A stretch of 62,374 bases of DNA from an uncultured Gammaproteobacteria bacterium. GTDB taxonomy: Bacteria; Patescibacteriota; Patescibacteriia; Patescibacteriales; UBA12465. Below, piece by piece: positions 28,598 through 39,192 of the stretch. The translations under genes were made by a program, and so were the position numbers. Every line of letters starts with the position of its first letter. The stretch's first letter is position 1. The stretch spans positions 1 through 62,374 of the forward strand of contig CAZPPL010000006.1 of NCBI GenBank assembly GCA_964588465.1, in the 5' to 3' direction. The notes beneath the pieces were generated by a model that saw only the letters and a list, made by a program, of their open reading frames with translations, made no database searches and was not told the DNA's origin.

Positions 28598-30487
28598 ATG
28601 AAAACAAAAAATCTAATAATTATAATAATTACTGGGCTATTTTTACTATTAATAGCTTTTTTTATTAGTAACTATTTAATTTGGCAAAATTATTGGCAAC
28701 AACGAATTTATCCGCAAACTAAAATTGGCGATTTAAACTTGGGAGGTAAAACTATGACCCAAGCGAGAAATGTAATTAAAGCCAGAATTAAAAAGATAGA
28801 AAATCCGGGATTAGCTTTTCGCTATGATACTAAAGTGCTAATAATTCCGACCGCAGTAGCTTCTTTTGATGCCGATTTATCTTATTCTTTATTGAATTTT
28901 AATATATCTAAAATTTTAGTCCAAGCCTACGGTAATAGGAAACAACGAACTTTCAAATATTATTTATTAAATAATTATAGATTAATTAATCCTAGAATAA
29001 TAAAAGCCACCTATACTTTAAACCAGAATAAGATTAAAACTGTGCTTCAAGATGATTTTCCTGAACTAAATATTCCAGCCATAAGTGCTTATTTTTCAGT
29101 TACTAATACTAATAATGGAACTAAATATCAACTACAAATTAATCCCGAAGAATTAGGAAGAACAATTGATTATAATGCAGTTCTGAAAACACTAAATTAT
29201 AATTTAGCCAATCTAGATAATAATCAAATTATTATTAAAACTTATTCTAATTATCCTAAAATTAAACAAAGTGATTTAATAGATTTAAAACCTGAAGTTA
29301 AAAAAATTATTAACCGAGGAAATCTAAGTTTACATATAAATACTCCTATTACTAAATATTGGGAAATTAATCCCGATGAAATAATTACTTGGATTAGTAT
29401 TGAAAATATTAAAACAGCAAATATCCTTTCTTTTAACCAAAATAAAATTGAAAAGTATTTAAAGATTCATATCGCTCCCAGTATTAATAAAGCAGCTATT
29501 AAGCCTCAATTTAAAATAATAAATAATAAACTCTCTAATTGGCAAAATGGAACAAATGGAAGACAGTTGGATTTAACCGCTAGTGCTGCTCAAATAACTA
29601 AAAATTTTTTTGCCGGAAAAAATAATAGTAATTTAATTATTAAAGAACTGCCAGATGAGAGCTTAATGACTGGACATACTTCAGATATTAAAGAAATTTT
29701 AGGTATTGGACAATCTAATTTCCGTGGTTCTCCAGTAAACCGGGTGCACAATATTGAGGTGGGAGCAGCTGATTTACAAGGTCTATTAATTAAACCTGGA
29801 GAAACTTTTTCTTTAGTTAAAGCTTTAGGCGAAATTGATGCCAAAACTGGATATTTGCAAGAATTAGTAATTAAAGGGCATAAAACCGTACCAGAATATG
29901 GCGGGGGGTTATGTCAAATTGCCACTACTCTATTTCGTACTGCTTTAGCCGCTGGCCTGCCTATCACTATGCGTGAAAACCACTCTTACCAGGTTGGTTA
30001 TTATGCACCAGCAGGAACTGATGCTACTATTTACGATCCTTTACCAGACTTACGCTTTATTAATAATACTAAACACTATATTTTAATCCAAGCACGTATT
30101 GTTAAAAATAAACTTTATTTTGATTTCTGGGGAACTAGCGACGGCAGAATTGCTACTACCAGTGCTCCCGTAATTTATAATATAGTAAAACCAGAACCAA
30201 CTAAAATAATCAAAACTGATACTTTAAAACCCGGGAAAAGAAAGTGCACTGAAGATTCTCATAACGGAGCTGACGCCTATTTTGATTATACGGTTACCTA
30301 TCCAGCAAATTCAACTACCACACCAGTACATAAACGTCGTTTTTATTCACATTACGTTCCTTGGCAAGCTGTCTGTTTAGTGGGTGAAGCTAGTACTTCT
30401 ACCGTGCCTACGAATAATCCTAAATTAAAAATAAATTTTAACAAAAAAGCGATCGATTTTACGAACGCTTCTTCAAGTAAATTTTAA
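28598..30487 (+). CDS. VanW-family protein (YoaR-like) with N-terminal membrane anchor
   Basis: N-terminal TM. VanW core GETFSLVKALGEIDAKTGY...GGGLCQIATTLFRTALAAGLPITMRENHSY. Confidence 0.85.
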   Translation: MKTKNLIIIIITGLFLLLIAFFISNYLIWQNYWQQRIYPQTKIGDLNLGGKTMTQARNVIKARIKKIENPGLAFRYDTKVLIIPTAVASFDADLSYSLLNFNISKILVQAYGNRKQRTFKYYLLNNYRLINPRIIKATYTLNQNKIKTVLQDDFPELNIPAISAYFSVTNTNNGTKYQLQINPEELGRTIDYNAVLKTLNYNLANLDNNQIIIKTYSNYPKIKQSDLIDLKPEVKKIINRGNLSLHINTPITKYWEINPDEIITWISIENIKTANILSFNQNKIEKYLKIHIAPSINKAAIKPQFKIINNKLSNWQNGTNGRQLDLTASAAQITKNFFAGKNNSNLIIKELPDESLMTGHTSDIKEILGIGQSNFRGSPVNRVHNIEVGAADLQGLLIKPGETFSLVKALGEIDAKTGYLQELVIKGHKTVPEYGGGLCQIATTLFRTALAAGLPITMRENHSYQVGYYAPAGTDATIYDPLPDLRFINNTKHYILIQARIVKNKLYFDFWGTSDGRIATTSAPVIYNIVKPEPTKIIKTDTLKPGKRKCTEDSHNGADAYFDYTVTYPANSTTTPVHKRRFYSHYVPWQAVCLVGEASTSTVPTNNPKLKINFNKKAIDFTNASSSKF

Positions 30488-30498
30488 TATCAATTAAT

Positions 30499-31248
30499 TT
30501 ATTTAACAATTTCACCTTCAATAGTTTTTTTGATTCCTGAATTACTTTTACCATGGAAAGTAAGTAATTGCTGTATAGCAGTTAAAGCGGTTAAAACAAA
30601 CCAATATAAAGTTAAACCACTAGGCAGAGAGATTCCTATAAAAACAGTGATAGCTGGCATAAAATATAACATTTGTTTATTCATAATAGCTGCCATACCT
30701 TCATCTTTAGAGCCTGGAGTATCAACTGCTGGTTTAGTGGTAATCATCATTTTAGCTTGCCAAAACTGAGCTAATCCCGCCAATAAAGCTAAAACAATAT
30801 TAGGTTTTGCTAAATTTAAAAAACCAAAAGAAATGGTATTAATAGCCTCTGGACGACTAATAAAGGAATATACATAATCTAATTTATTATTCAGGCCATC
30901 TCTAAATACTTGGTACACTGCAAATAAAAATGGTAATTGAATTAATAGGGGCAGACAAGAAGAAAAGGGATTAACCTTATTATCCTTATACAATGCCATA
31001 GTGGCTTTACTGAGTCCGGCCTTATCTTTACCAAATTTCTTTTTGAGAGCTTCTATCTCTGGTTGTAAATCTTGAAGGGCTTTTTGTGATTTGATAGCTG
31101 ATCTACCTAAAGGCCAAAAAATTAATTTAATAACTACAGTTAAAAGAATAATAGCTATTCCTAAATCATGAAATGATAAGGTGTTATATAAAAAAATTAA
31201 CAAATTTAAGACTGGTTGATAAAAAATTATAGTAAACAGATGAATCAT
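30499..31248 (-). CDS. yidC: Membrane protein insertase YidC (short form)
   Basis: 60-kDa-IMP core: ILLTVVIKLIFWPL, KVNPFSSCLPLLIQLPFLFAVY, PSGLTLYWFVLTALTAIQQ. Sits in the rpmH-rnpA-yidD-yidC context. Confidence 0.9.
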   Translation of the reverse strand: MIHLFTIIFYQPVLNLLIFLYNTLSFHDLGIAIILLTVVIKLIFWPLGRSAIKSQKALQDLQPEIEALKKKFGKDKAGLSKATMALYKDNKVNPFSSCLPLLIQLPFLFAVYQVFRDGLNNKLDYVYSFISRPEAINTISFGFLNLAKPNIVLALLAGLAQFWQAKMMITTKPAVDTPGSKDEGMAAIMNKQMLYFMPAITVFIGISLPSGLTLYWFVLTALTAIQQLLTFHGKSNSGIKKTIEGEIVK

Positions 31249-31290
31249 AAAAATTGAGTTTTTAAAAATTAAAATTATTATTTATATTAT

Positions 31291-31548
31291 TTACTTCAAA
31301 GGATCATAACCACCTTTATTCCAAGGATTACAGCGCAAAACTCGCCAAATAGTTTTTATTCCTCCACGAATTATACCATATTTACTAATTGCCTCCACCC
31401 CATACTGTGAACAAGTGGGATAAAAACGACAATAACCATACGGATGTAAAAACTTTAAAGGCCCATGATCAAAAGACAAAGTCTTCTGATATAATTTAAT
31501 TAAGAAAACTACCGCTTTCCTAGGCCAATATCTAATATAATCATACAT
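31291..31548 (-). CDS. yidD: Membrane protein insertion efficiency factor YidD
   Basis: [37 protein letters not shown] signature. Confidence 0.92.
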   Translation of the reverse strand: MYDYIRYWPRKAVVFLIKLYQKTLSFDHGPLKFLHPYGYCRFYPTCSQYGVEAISKYGIIRGGIKTIWRVLRCNPWNKGGYDPLK

Positions 31549-31585
31549 GTATTTAGCAACTTTAAATACATTTATATAAATATAA

Positions 31586-31927
31586 TTATTTATATAAACT
31601 TAACTGCTCAAAACTATTTTTTAGAATAGTTTTAATTTCTTCAAAATTTTTACTTAATATTTTAGGGGAAACTATAATTACTAAATCCTTACCAGTCTTT
31701 AATTTAGGAAGTTCTGCTTGGAAAATTTCTCTAATTTGACGTTTAAATTTATTTCTTATGACTGCCTTTTTACTAACCTTAGTGCTAATTAAAATACCTA
31801 AACGACTAAATACTAAATCATTATTAACAATCCTAAATCCTAGACTCTCTACATAAAAAGATTGACCAAGTTTAAAAGCTCGATCAAACTCCTTATTGTG
31901 TCTCATTCTATTATTCTTTTTTAACAT
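31586..31927 (-). CDS. rnpA: Ribonuclease P protein component
   Basis: 113 aa, basic, with a [15 protein letters not shown] (RNR-like) motif. Immediately downstream of rpmH. Confidence 0.88.
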   Translation of the reverse strand: MLKKNNRMRHNKEFDRAFKLGQSFYVESLGFRIVNNDLVFSRLGILISTKVSKKAVIRNKFKRQIREIFQAELPKLKTGKDLVIIVSPKILSKNFEEIKTILKNSFEQLSLYK

Positions 31928-31947
31928 GTTACGAGCTCTAACTAAGC

Positions 31948-32085
31948 TTATTTGGATATCTTTTTACGACCCTTCCGACGTCTTCTTTTTAAAACTCGTC
32001 GCCCATCTTTAGTTTCCATTCTATGTATAAAACCATGTTTTTTCTTAGCTCTACGTTTATTCGGTTGATAGGTCCTTTTCGGCAT
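31948..32085 (-). CDS. rpmH: 50S ribosomal protein L34 (missed by the ORF track because it is under 60 aa)
   Basis: My own translation of the reverse strand gives [45 protein letters not shown], the canonical L34 sequence. Upstream of rnpA. Confidence 0.93.
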   Translation of the reverse strand: MPKRTYQPNKRRAKKKHGFIHRMETKDGRRVLKRRRRKGRKKISK

Positions 32086-32318
32086 ACAAACAAAATTTAA
32101 TTTATTATCCTTTTATCTTTTATAAGATAACATCTTTATTTACCAGAGTCAATGAGCCAAAACTCAAATTTAAAAAGGTTTTCCCCTTATTATTAACTTT
32201 TTATAAACATAGAATGAGCTTGTGATAAACTTATTTATTTAATATAATAATATTGTCATAGACTGATGAAAATTAATTTTAAAATAAGATTTTTATTTTA
32301 TCTTATTTTTTAAGTATT

Positions 32319-33722
32319 ATGAATAATGAACAAATTTGGCAAGCCGTCTTGGGGGAGATAGAGGTGAGCTTGTCTCGAGCTAACTTTGTTACTTGGTTTA
32401 AAGATACTTTTATTTCTTCTTTAGAAAATGAACGTGTAGTTATTTGTGTCCCTAATGCTTTTGTAAAAAAATGGTTGGAAGAAAAATATCATAAAGATAT
32501 TATTAGTGCTCTAGAAAATATTACCAAACAAACTATTAAAGAAATTATTTATAAAATTGAAATTCATCGAGGCGCTGGGACTAGTCTAAATAACAATTCT
32601 AGTTCTGAATTGAAAAATAATAAAACTTCAATTTTAGAAGAAGCAAGAATAAGTAGTCCAGTTCAAAAAAATAATATTTCTAAAGGATCTAATCAATACG
32701 GTTTAAACCCTCGTTATACCTTTGATAATTTTGTGGTAGGACACGGCAATGAATTAGCCCACGCTGCTTGTCTGGCGGTGGTAGAAAATTTAGGTAAGTC
32801 TTATAATCCTTTATTTATCTATGGTGGTGTGGGGTTAGGTAAAACTCATTTATTACAAGCTATTGGTAATGCTGTAGCTAAAAAGACTAATAAAATTTTA
32901 TATGCTACTAGTGAAAAGTTTACCAATAACTATATTCAATCAGTAAAAAGCGGAAAAGCTAAAGAATTTAAAAATTCATACCGAAATGTAGACCTATTAT
33001 TAGTAGATGACGTACAATTTATGGGAGGAAAAGATGGAACTCAAGAAGAATTTTTTCATACTTTTAATGAACTACAACAAAATGACAGACAAATTGTTTT
33101 AACCTCTGATCGTCCACCAAAATCAATTCCAGCTATAGAAAACCGTTTAATTTCTCGGTTTGAGTCTGGAATGGTGGCCGATGTGGGTAAACCAGATCTA
33201 GAAACTAAAATTGCCATTCTGGAAAAAAAATCATTGGAGAGATCTTATCCTTTAGACCAAGAGATTTTAGCTTACGTGGCTGAACGAGTTCAAAATAATA
33301 TACGAGAATTAGAAGGAGCTCTAACTAAAATAATTGTTTATTATCAATTTAAAGGTTTGACCCCAACCCTTAAAGGGGTTAAAGAAGTATTAAGCGATTA
33401 TGTATCCAACTTAAATACTAAATCTTTAACTCCTAAAGAAATTATTGAGGTAACTGCTAAATTTTATAATCTCACCTATAAAGATTTAATTGGAAAGGGG
33501 CGTAAAAAAGAATTGGTTTGGCCTAGACAAATAGCGGTTTTTTTAATTCGTGAGGATATTGGCACTTCTTACCCTTCTATTGGTATAGAATTAGGAGGAC
33601 GAGATCATACCACCGCTATGCATTCTTATAATAAAATTAATAAAGAAATAAATGAACAAGGGAATGAAAGAATTAAACAAGAAATTAATTCAATTCGTCA
33701 ATTATTTAGTACTGCCTATTAA
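32319..33722 (+). CDS. dnaA: Chromosomal replication initiator protein DnaA
   Basis: AAA+ core NPLFIYGGVGLGKTHLL, LLVDDVQF, sensor and box VII regions. C-terminal DNA-binding domain RQIAVFLIRE...SYPSIGIELGGRDHTTAMHSY. Confidence 0.96.
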   Translation: MNNEQIWQAVLGEIEVSLSRANFVTWFKDTFISSLENERVVICVPNAFVKKWLEEKYHKDIISALENITKQTIKEIIYKIEIHRGAGTSLNNNSSSELKNNKTSILEEARISSPVQKNNISKGSNQYGLNPRYTFDNFVVGHGNELAHAACLAVVENLGKSYNPLFIYGGVGLGKTHLLQAIGNAVAKKTNKILYATSEKFTNNYIQSVKSGKAKEFKNSYRNVDLLLVDDVQFMGGKDGTQEEFFHTFNELQQNDRQIVLTSDRPPKSIPAIENRLISRFESGMVADVGKPDLETKIAILEKKSLERSYPLDQEILAYVAERVQNNIRELEGALTKIIVYYQFKGLTPTLKGVKEVLSDYVSNLNTKSLTPKEIIEVTAKFYNLTYKDLIGKGRKKELVWPRQIAVFLIREDIGTSYPSIGIELGGRDHTTAMHSYNKINKEINEQGNERIKQEINSIRQLFSTAY

Positions 33723-33986
33723 ATAACTAGTTAATATCTTGTTGTTTATTTGTTATTTGTCTGGTGAAAACTTATAACAAATTGTTAATAATTAAATATA
33801 AACTAAAGTTATTAACAAATTAAAAATTTTAATCAACAGTTTAGGTTTACAACTATTAACAAGTAAATTGAGTGATAAACCTAATAAATTATTACCAAAA
33901 TATAAAAAAATCAAAATTATCCCCCTCCTTATTACTACTATTAGTTTAATATTTATTAATTAATAATATAATAATCAATTACTTAT
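33723..33986. other. Candidate oriC (dnaA-dnaN intergenic region)
   Basis: 264-bp very AT-rich spacer carrying four copies of a T[T/A]AT[T/A]AACAA-like motif: 33772-33780 (+), 33782-33791 (inverted), 33809-33818 (+) and 33853-33862 (+). Also TTATCCCCC at 33917-33925. Located in the canonical origin gene context. Confidence 0.4.
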
Positions 33987-35111
33987 ATGCGTCTTATTAG
34001 CTTACAGGAAAATTTAAAAAAAGGATTAAACATTGTCGGACATATAACCACTAAAAATATTAACTTGCCAATTCTTAATAATATTTTAATTAAGGCTAGT
34101 GATGGTAATATTGAATTAATTGGTACTAATTTAGAAATAGGAATAGTCTACAAGCTGCGAGGAAAAATTGAAACTGAAGGAGAATTTACTGTTGATTCTA
34201 AATTAATAACTGAGTATGTTAGTTTATTAAATGAGGGAGAAAAAGTAATAATAGAAAAAAAAGATATAGAGCTTTTAGTGGAGTGTGGTAATTATAAAAC
34301 TAAAATAAAAGGAGAATCCGCTAAAGAATTTCCTTTAATTCCAGTAATTTCTCAAGATAGTTATTATACTTGTGAATTTGAGAAATTAAAAAAGGCTTTA
34401 AATAGTGTTATTTTTTCAGTATCAACTAGTGAAAATAGAACAGAATTAACTGGTGTTTTATTTTCTTTTAATAAGAATAATCTTAGTTTAGTGGCAACTG
34501 ATAGTTATCGTTTAGCTGAAAAAAAACTGGAAGTTGAACATTTTAATATAAGTGAGGATCAAACAGTTATTGTCCCAGCTAGAACGGTGCAAGAATTATT
34601 ACGGGTCTTAAATAATTTTAATGAAGCTAGTTTAGGAAAAGAAACTAAAGTTAAAATTTATTTAGCGGAAAATCAAATTTTATTTATAGTTGATTCACTT
34701 AGTTTAATTTCTAGATTAGTGAATGGACATTATCCGGATTATAAACAAATTATACCTAGTAAAAATATAACCGAATCTTTAATTGATCGTTTAGAATTAT
34801 TAAGAGCAGTTAAGGCGGCAGCCTTATTTTCTAAAACTGGAATTAATGATATTAGTTTACAGTTTTTGAAAAACAAAATAATTATTTCTGCCTTTTCAGG
34901 ATCTAGTGGAGAAAGTCAAATAGAAGTAGAGACAAAAACCACTGGAGAAGATAATGAAATTACCGTTAATTATCGTTATTTAGTTGATGGTTTAAATAAT
35001 ATTGTTGATGATTTAATTAAAATTAAAATTTTAAGTAATAATACTCCTTGTTTATTAAAACCAGAAAATAGTGATGATTATTTATATATCATTATGCCTA
35101 TTAGACAATAA
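33987..35111 (+). CDS. dnaN: DNA polymerase III beta subunit (sliding clamp)
   Basis: 374 aa, three-domain clamp pattern (LPILNNILIKA..., LVATDSYRLA, GHYPDYKQIIP, MPIRQ end). Follows dnaA. Confidence 0.94.
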   Translation: MRLISLQENLKKGLNIVGHITTKNINLPILNNILIKASDGNIELIGTNLEIGIVYKLRGKIETEGEFTVDSKLITEYVSLLNEGEKVIIEKKDIELLVECGNYKTKIKGESAKEFPLIPVISQDSYYTCEFEKLKKALNSVIFSVSTSENRTELTGVLFSFNKNNLSLVATDSYRLAEKKLEVEHFNISEDQTVIVPARTVQELLRVLNNFNEASLGKETKVKIYLAENQILFIVDSLSLISRLVNGHYPDYKQIIPSKNITESLIDRLELLRAVKAAALFSKTGINDISLQFLKNKIIISAFSGSSGESQIEVETKTTGEDNEITVNYRYLVDGLNNIVDDLIKIKILSNNTPCLLKPENSDDYLYIIMPIRQ

Positions 35112-35128
35112 AATTTAATTGTTTTCAA

Positions 35129-37996
35129 TTATTTACTAACCACTATTTGTGCCACGTTGCTTTTTATAAAGTTTCCATTCCAGTCATTTAATTCGGCATA
35201 GAGTTCATAATTACCAACCTTAGGAGCGAGTCCCCAATCACTTTGTATTAAATTATTGTTTATATGATTTATACTGGCGATGATAGTTGAGGTTCCACTA
35301 TTTAAATTTTTAATTATTAAATTTATTTTGGCGGTCCGTTGGGGCTGTCCTATTTTTAAATTTATACTTAAGGGAAAATCAATAGTTTGGGCGGCTAGAC
35401 CAGAAGAGGGGCTAAGTAGCTTAATACTATTTTTTTGAGCAGTAATTGGATTATTATTTATCAATAAATTAAAATTAACTTTTGCTTGAGAGCAATTTTC
35501 TACATCGTCACAAGTTTTAATACTTAAGGTTTGATAGCCATTGCTTAAGAATTTTATAGGAGCAATAAAGGGTAGAGGAGCACCTAATTTAGTTTGCCAA
35601 ATATTATTATTGATATAGTATTGAGTATGATTGATACCGCGAGGAGCACTAGCTTCAATTTGGACCTCCAAACTAGGGTGAAGAATGGTTTGATTTGGTA
35701 AAGGAGAATCTATTTTAATTGTTGGTTTATTAGCTGGTCTATGTAGTTGGTCATAAATAGTGGGAATAGTAGAACTGGCTATTAATAAAGAGGAGGTACT
35801 GTTTTTAGCAGCCCAAGTTTGAACTGCAGATTCCCAGGCTTGAAATTGAGGGTCTTTCGCTGGATCAGTTGGGGCTGGTCCTAGAGGGTCGTTTCTATTA
35901 ACATAATATAGAATGGAATGGTAAACTGGAATACTTTCTTGTTTAATTAGTGCTGGGGGGGTAGAACTAGTAGCTAGTAAGCCTGAAATTATATCTATGT
36001 TTATTATTTTTGGCGGTAATCTTCCATCTAAAATGGCTTTACCAGTAGTATATTTATTAGGAGGTTTAAAATATTCAATTGGGGTGTTTCCTAAAACCTT
36101 CTTCATAAAATAATGCCAGATAGGAGCAGCTACTACACTACCATCTGAACCTTTATACATAGGAGTATCATTGTTATTACCTACCCAAACCCCCGCTACT
36201 AAAGAAGGAGTGAATCCTACCGTCCAAGCATCACGAAAATCGTCAGTGGTTCCAGTTTTAGCCGCCACAGGGCGTTTACCTAGATTAAGAAAATTTTTAG
36301 CTCCGAAAATAAAAGCACGAGCATTATTATCAGTTAAAATACTGTCTACCATTCTAACTGATTGAGAGGTTAACACTCTTTTACTTGAAGGTTTATATTG
36401 TTCAATTATTTTACCCTTACTGTTTTCTATTTTTAATATACTTACAATGGGACTAATTTCTCCGTCACGGGCCAAAGCACTATAAGCGTTAACATGTTGT
36501 AGTAAGGTGACTTCCGCTCCACCTAAGACAAAAGAGAGCCCAAAACGACTACGAGGGTGTAGAGTGGTATAACCTAAATTATCTGCTAAATCAATAACGT
36601 TATTGATACCAGCTAAATACATAGTTTTAACTGCTGGGATATTAAGAGATCCAGCTAGAGCTTGACGAATTGTTACTGGTCCACGTTGTTTTAAATCATA
36701 ATCAGTAGGTATATATGGTTTTTTAGGATTAGTAGAGAAATTAGTATCCACGTCATATAAAATTGTATCGGGAGTATAACCCTTTTCAAACAAAGCAGCA
36801 TACACAATAGGTTTCATTGATGAACCCGGTTGACGGGGACTAGTGGCCACATTAAATTGTCCATCAATAGCATTATCAAAATAATTACGGGAGCCAACCA
36901 TTGCTAAAATTTGTCCATTTTTAGGATTAATTGCCACCAAGGCAGCATTAGTCGCATGAAAATCTTTAGGATAATTTTTAGTGAGCTTAGTGATAGCCTC
37001 TTGGGCTATGCGTTGTTTATATAGATCTAGAGTAGTATAAATTTTTAGACCTCCTTGTTCAATTATTCGTTCTCCATATTTTTTAGCCAAAATACTTTTA
37101 ACATACATTACAAAATGTGGAGCAATAATATTATTACCTGGCTCTTTAAATTGTATTTTTTCTTTTTGAGCAGCGTTACGTTCGGCTATGGAAATATAAC
37201 CTTGTTGGGCCATTAAATCTAAAACATAATTTTTACGATCCAGTAACAAATCTTTATTTGGTCCATAAGGAGAATAATAGCTGGGCATTTGTACTATAGC
37301 CGCTAGAATTGCTGATTCTGCTAGATCTATATCTTTAACAGGTTTACCAAAATAATTCTGGCTAGCGGCTTCCACTCCATAAGTATTGGAGCCGTAGGGA
37401 ATTTCGTTTAAATACATTTGTAAGATATCATTCTTAGAAAATTTTTGTTCTAGGCGATAAGCAATAATTACTTCTTTAACTTTACGAGATAAAGTTTTTC
37501 TAGAAGTGAGTACAGCATTTTTAACAAATTGTTGGGTGAGAGTAGATCCCCCAGCGCTACGATGAAAAATGACATCCGTGATGGCTGTTCTAAAAATAGA
37601 CCACAAACTAAAGCCCCCATGCTTATAAAAATTTTTATCTTCTATGGAGATTGTGGCTTCTTTAACATATAGAGGAATATCTTGAAAACTGACTAGAGTT
37701 CTTCTTTGTTTACCACTGATTTCATATAAAACGTGTTTACCGGTTCGATCATAAATTCTAGTACTTTGGGCTACTTCGCGATGGATAAGTTGATTAGGAT
37801 TAGGAAGATTACGTGATACTAAAGCCACATAAATGGCCCCAGCAATCATAATTATAAAACCCAATAGCAAAATTACCACTATTAGACGTTTTTTATAAGA
37901 TTTTTTCTTTTTAGGTTTTATTGATTTAATCCTCTGAAATTTTTGTTGATTACGCCAAGAACCAGAAGATTTAATTCGTAAAGCAGGTATAGGCAT
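35129..37996 (-). CDS. Class A penicillin-binding protein (PBP1A-type glycosyltransferase/transpeptidase) with long C-terminal extension
   Basis: GT51 motifs EDKNFYKHGG and GGSTLTQQ. TP motifs SSMKP (SxxK) and KTGTT. N-terminal TM. About 300 extra C-terminal residues of unknown fold. Confidence 0.92.
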   Translation of the reverse strand: MPIPALRIKSSGSWRNQQKFQRIKSIKPKKKKSYKKRLIVVILLLGFIIMIAGAIYVALVSRNLPNPNQLIHREVAQSTRIYDRTGKHVLYEISGKQRRTLVSFQDIPLYVKEATISIEDKNFYKHGGFSLWSIFRTAITDVIFHRSAGGSTLTQQFVKNAVLTSRKTLSRKVKEVIIAYRLEQKFSKNDILQMYLNEIPYGSNTYGVEAASQNYFGKPVKDIDLAESAILAAIVQMPSYYSPYGPNKDLLLDRKNYVLDLMAQQGYISIAERNAAQKEKIQFKEPGNNIIAPHFVMYVKSILAKKYGERIIEQGGLKIYTTLDLYKQRIAQEAITKLTKNYPKDFHATNAALVAINPKNGQILAMVGSRNYFDNAIDGQFNVATSPRQPGSSMKPIVYAALFEKGYTPDTILYDVDTNFSTNPKKPYIPTDYDLKQRGPVTIRQALAGSLNIPAVKTMYLAGINNVIDLADNLGYTTLHPRSRFGLSFVLGGAEVTLLQHVNAYSALARDGEISPIVSILKIENSKGKIIEQYKPSSKRVLTSQSVRMVDSILTDNNARAFIFGAKNFLNLGKRPVAAKTGTTDDFRDAWTVGFTPSLVAGVWVGNNNDTPMYKGSDGSVVAAPIWHYFMKKVLGNTPIEYFKPPNKYTTGKAILDGRLPPKIINIDIISGLLATSSTPPALIKQESIPVYHSILYYVNRNDPLGPAPTDPAKDPQFQAWESAVQTWAAKNSTSSLLIASSTIPTIYDQLHRPANKPTIKIDSPLPNQTILHPSLEVQIEASAPRGINHTQYYINNNIWQTKLGAPLPFIAPIKFLSNGYQTLSIKTCDDVENCSQAKVNFNLLINNNPITAQKNSIKLLSPSSGLAAQTIDFPLSINLKIGQPQRTAKINLIIKNLNSGTSTIIASINHINNNLIQSDWGLAPKVGNYELYAELNDWNGNFIKSNVAQIVVSK

Positions 37997-38119
37997 ATAA
38001 TAAATATTTGTTTGACTTTATTATATCATAGTTATTCTTTTTCCTAGAATTTTAATATTTTAGCCTAATAAGCTTAATTGGTATATAATAAAGTTGTTTT
38101 ATACCAGTTAAACATTAAT

Positions 38120-38914
38120 ATGAAAAAAATTAGCAGTTTAGATAATTCTATTGTTAAGAATATAGTGAAATTAAAAAAACCTAAAGAAAGAGATCAACAA
38201 GGACTACTTGTTGTAGACGGCCATCGGGAGATTAAGTTGGCAATTCAGAATAATTGGGAAATAATCAACTTATTCTATTGTCCTAGTTTAGATAAGGGTA
38301 AAGTTAATAATGCTAAGCAGTTTTTTGCTTTAGAGCAAGTTAAAATCATTGAGGCGTCTGAAGCAGTATTTAAAAAAATATGTTATAAGTCTAAACCCGA
38401 TGGATTCTTAGCTTTAATTAAATCTAAGACTTTGAGTTTAGCCGATATTAGATTAAGTCCTAACCCAGTAGTATTGGTTTTAGAGAATGTAGAAAAGCCT
38501 GGTAATTTAGGAGCTATTATACGCACTGCAGTAGCTGGGGGAGTGAATGTGGTTATTATTAATAATAGTCAAACTGATACGTATAACCCTAATATTATTA
38601 GGGCTAGTGAGGGATATATTTTTAGTGAAATTTTAGTTAAAGCTTCGTTTATGGAGACAATTAATTGGCTTAAAGATAATAAGATTAAAATTTTTGGTGC
38701 TAGCACCTCTAAAGCCCTAGAATATACTAAGGCGAATTTAAGTGGTCCAATAGCTGTTGTTGTGGGCTCCGAAGCTCAAGGTCTTAGTTTAAAGTGGCTG
38801 GAAGCAGTAGATCAATTAATTAAAATTCCTATGTTAGCAAGTCTTGATTCGTTAAATGTTTCCGTGGCAACCGCTATTATTTTATTTGAAGCTTTAAGAC
38901 AAAGAGCGGGTTAA
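38120..38914 (+). CDS. SpoU/TrmH-family RNA 2'-O-methyltransferase (RlmB-like)
   Basis: SPOUT motifs LVLENVEKPGNLGAIIRTA, VVVGSEAQGLS, IPMLASLDSLNVSVATAIILFE. ATG at 38120 preferred over TTG at 38078. Confidence 0.88.
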   Translation: MKKISSLDNSIVKNIVKLKKPKERDQQGLLVVDGHREIKLAIQNNWEIINLFYCPSLDKGKVNNAKQFFALEQVKIIEASEAVFKKICYKSKPDGFLALIKSKTLSLADIRLSPNPVVLVLENVEKPGNLGAIIRTAVAGGVNVVIINNSQTDTYNPNIIRASEGYIFSEILVKASFMETINWLKDNKIKIFGASTSKALEYTKANLSGPIAVVVGSEAQGLSLKWLEAVDQLIKIPMLASLDSLNVSVATAIILFEALRQRAG

Positions 38915-38940
38915 TCTAATTTAATGAGAAATATGATAGT

Positions 38941-38969
38941 TTGACAATAGCCAATATTTTTATTAATAT
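38941..38969 (+). promoter_or_regulatory. Sigma70-type promoter for tRNA-Arg/tRNA-His (and probably the phosphorylase gene)
   Basis: TTGACA (38941-38946), 17-nt spacer, TAATAT (38964-38969). Confidence 0.5.
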
Positions 38970-39010
38970 TAAGCTAAATTATTGCTTATTACTTAGTAAA
39001 TAATTGATTT

Positions 39011-39082
39011 GCGCCCGTAGTTCAACGGATAGAACAGGAGCCTTCTAAGCTCTAGACGAGGGTTCGACTCCCCCCGGGCGTA
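39011..39082 (+). tRNA. tRNA-Arg (anticodon UCU)
   Basis: Acceptor GCGCCCG/CGGGCGT (G1-U72 wobble), anticodon stem GGAGC/GCTCT, loop CTTCTAA, T-loop TTCGACT. No encoded CCA. Confidence 0.85.
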
Positions 39083-39106
39083 CGTTTCTAAAACAGGAAC
39101 TGATAT

Positions 39107-39178
39107 GGTGCCTATAGTTTAATGGTAGAACGGCGGGTTGTGGTCCCGTTGGCTTGGGTTCGATTCCCAGTAGGCACC
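39107..39178 (+). tRNA. tRNA-His (anticodon GUG) with encoded G-1
   Basis: G-1 at 39107 opposite discriminator C73. Acceptor GTGCCTA/TAGGCAC, anticodon loop TTGTGGT, T-arm TTGGG-TTCGATT-CCCAG. Confidence 0.9.
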
Positions 39179-39192
39179 CTAATTATATATTT

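Noticed and set aside
39154-39192. The 5' extension of the phosphorylase ORF (TTG start at 39154). The same applies to TTG-extended starts at 1890, 12053, 16296, 38078 and 40927.
   Set aside because: The 39154 extension overlaps tRNA-His. In the other cases an in-frame ATG a few codons downstream matches the conserved N-terminus of the family, so the ATG starts were preferred.
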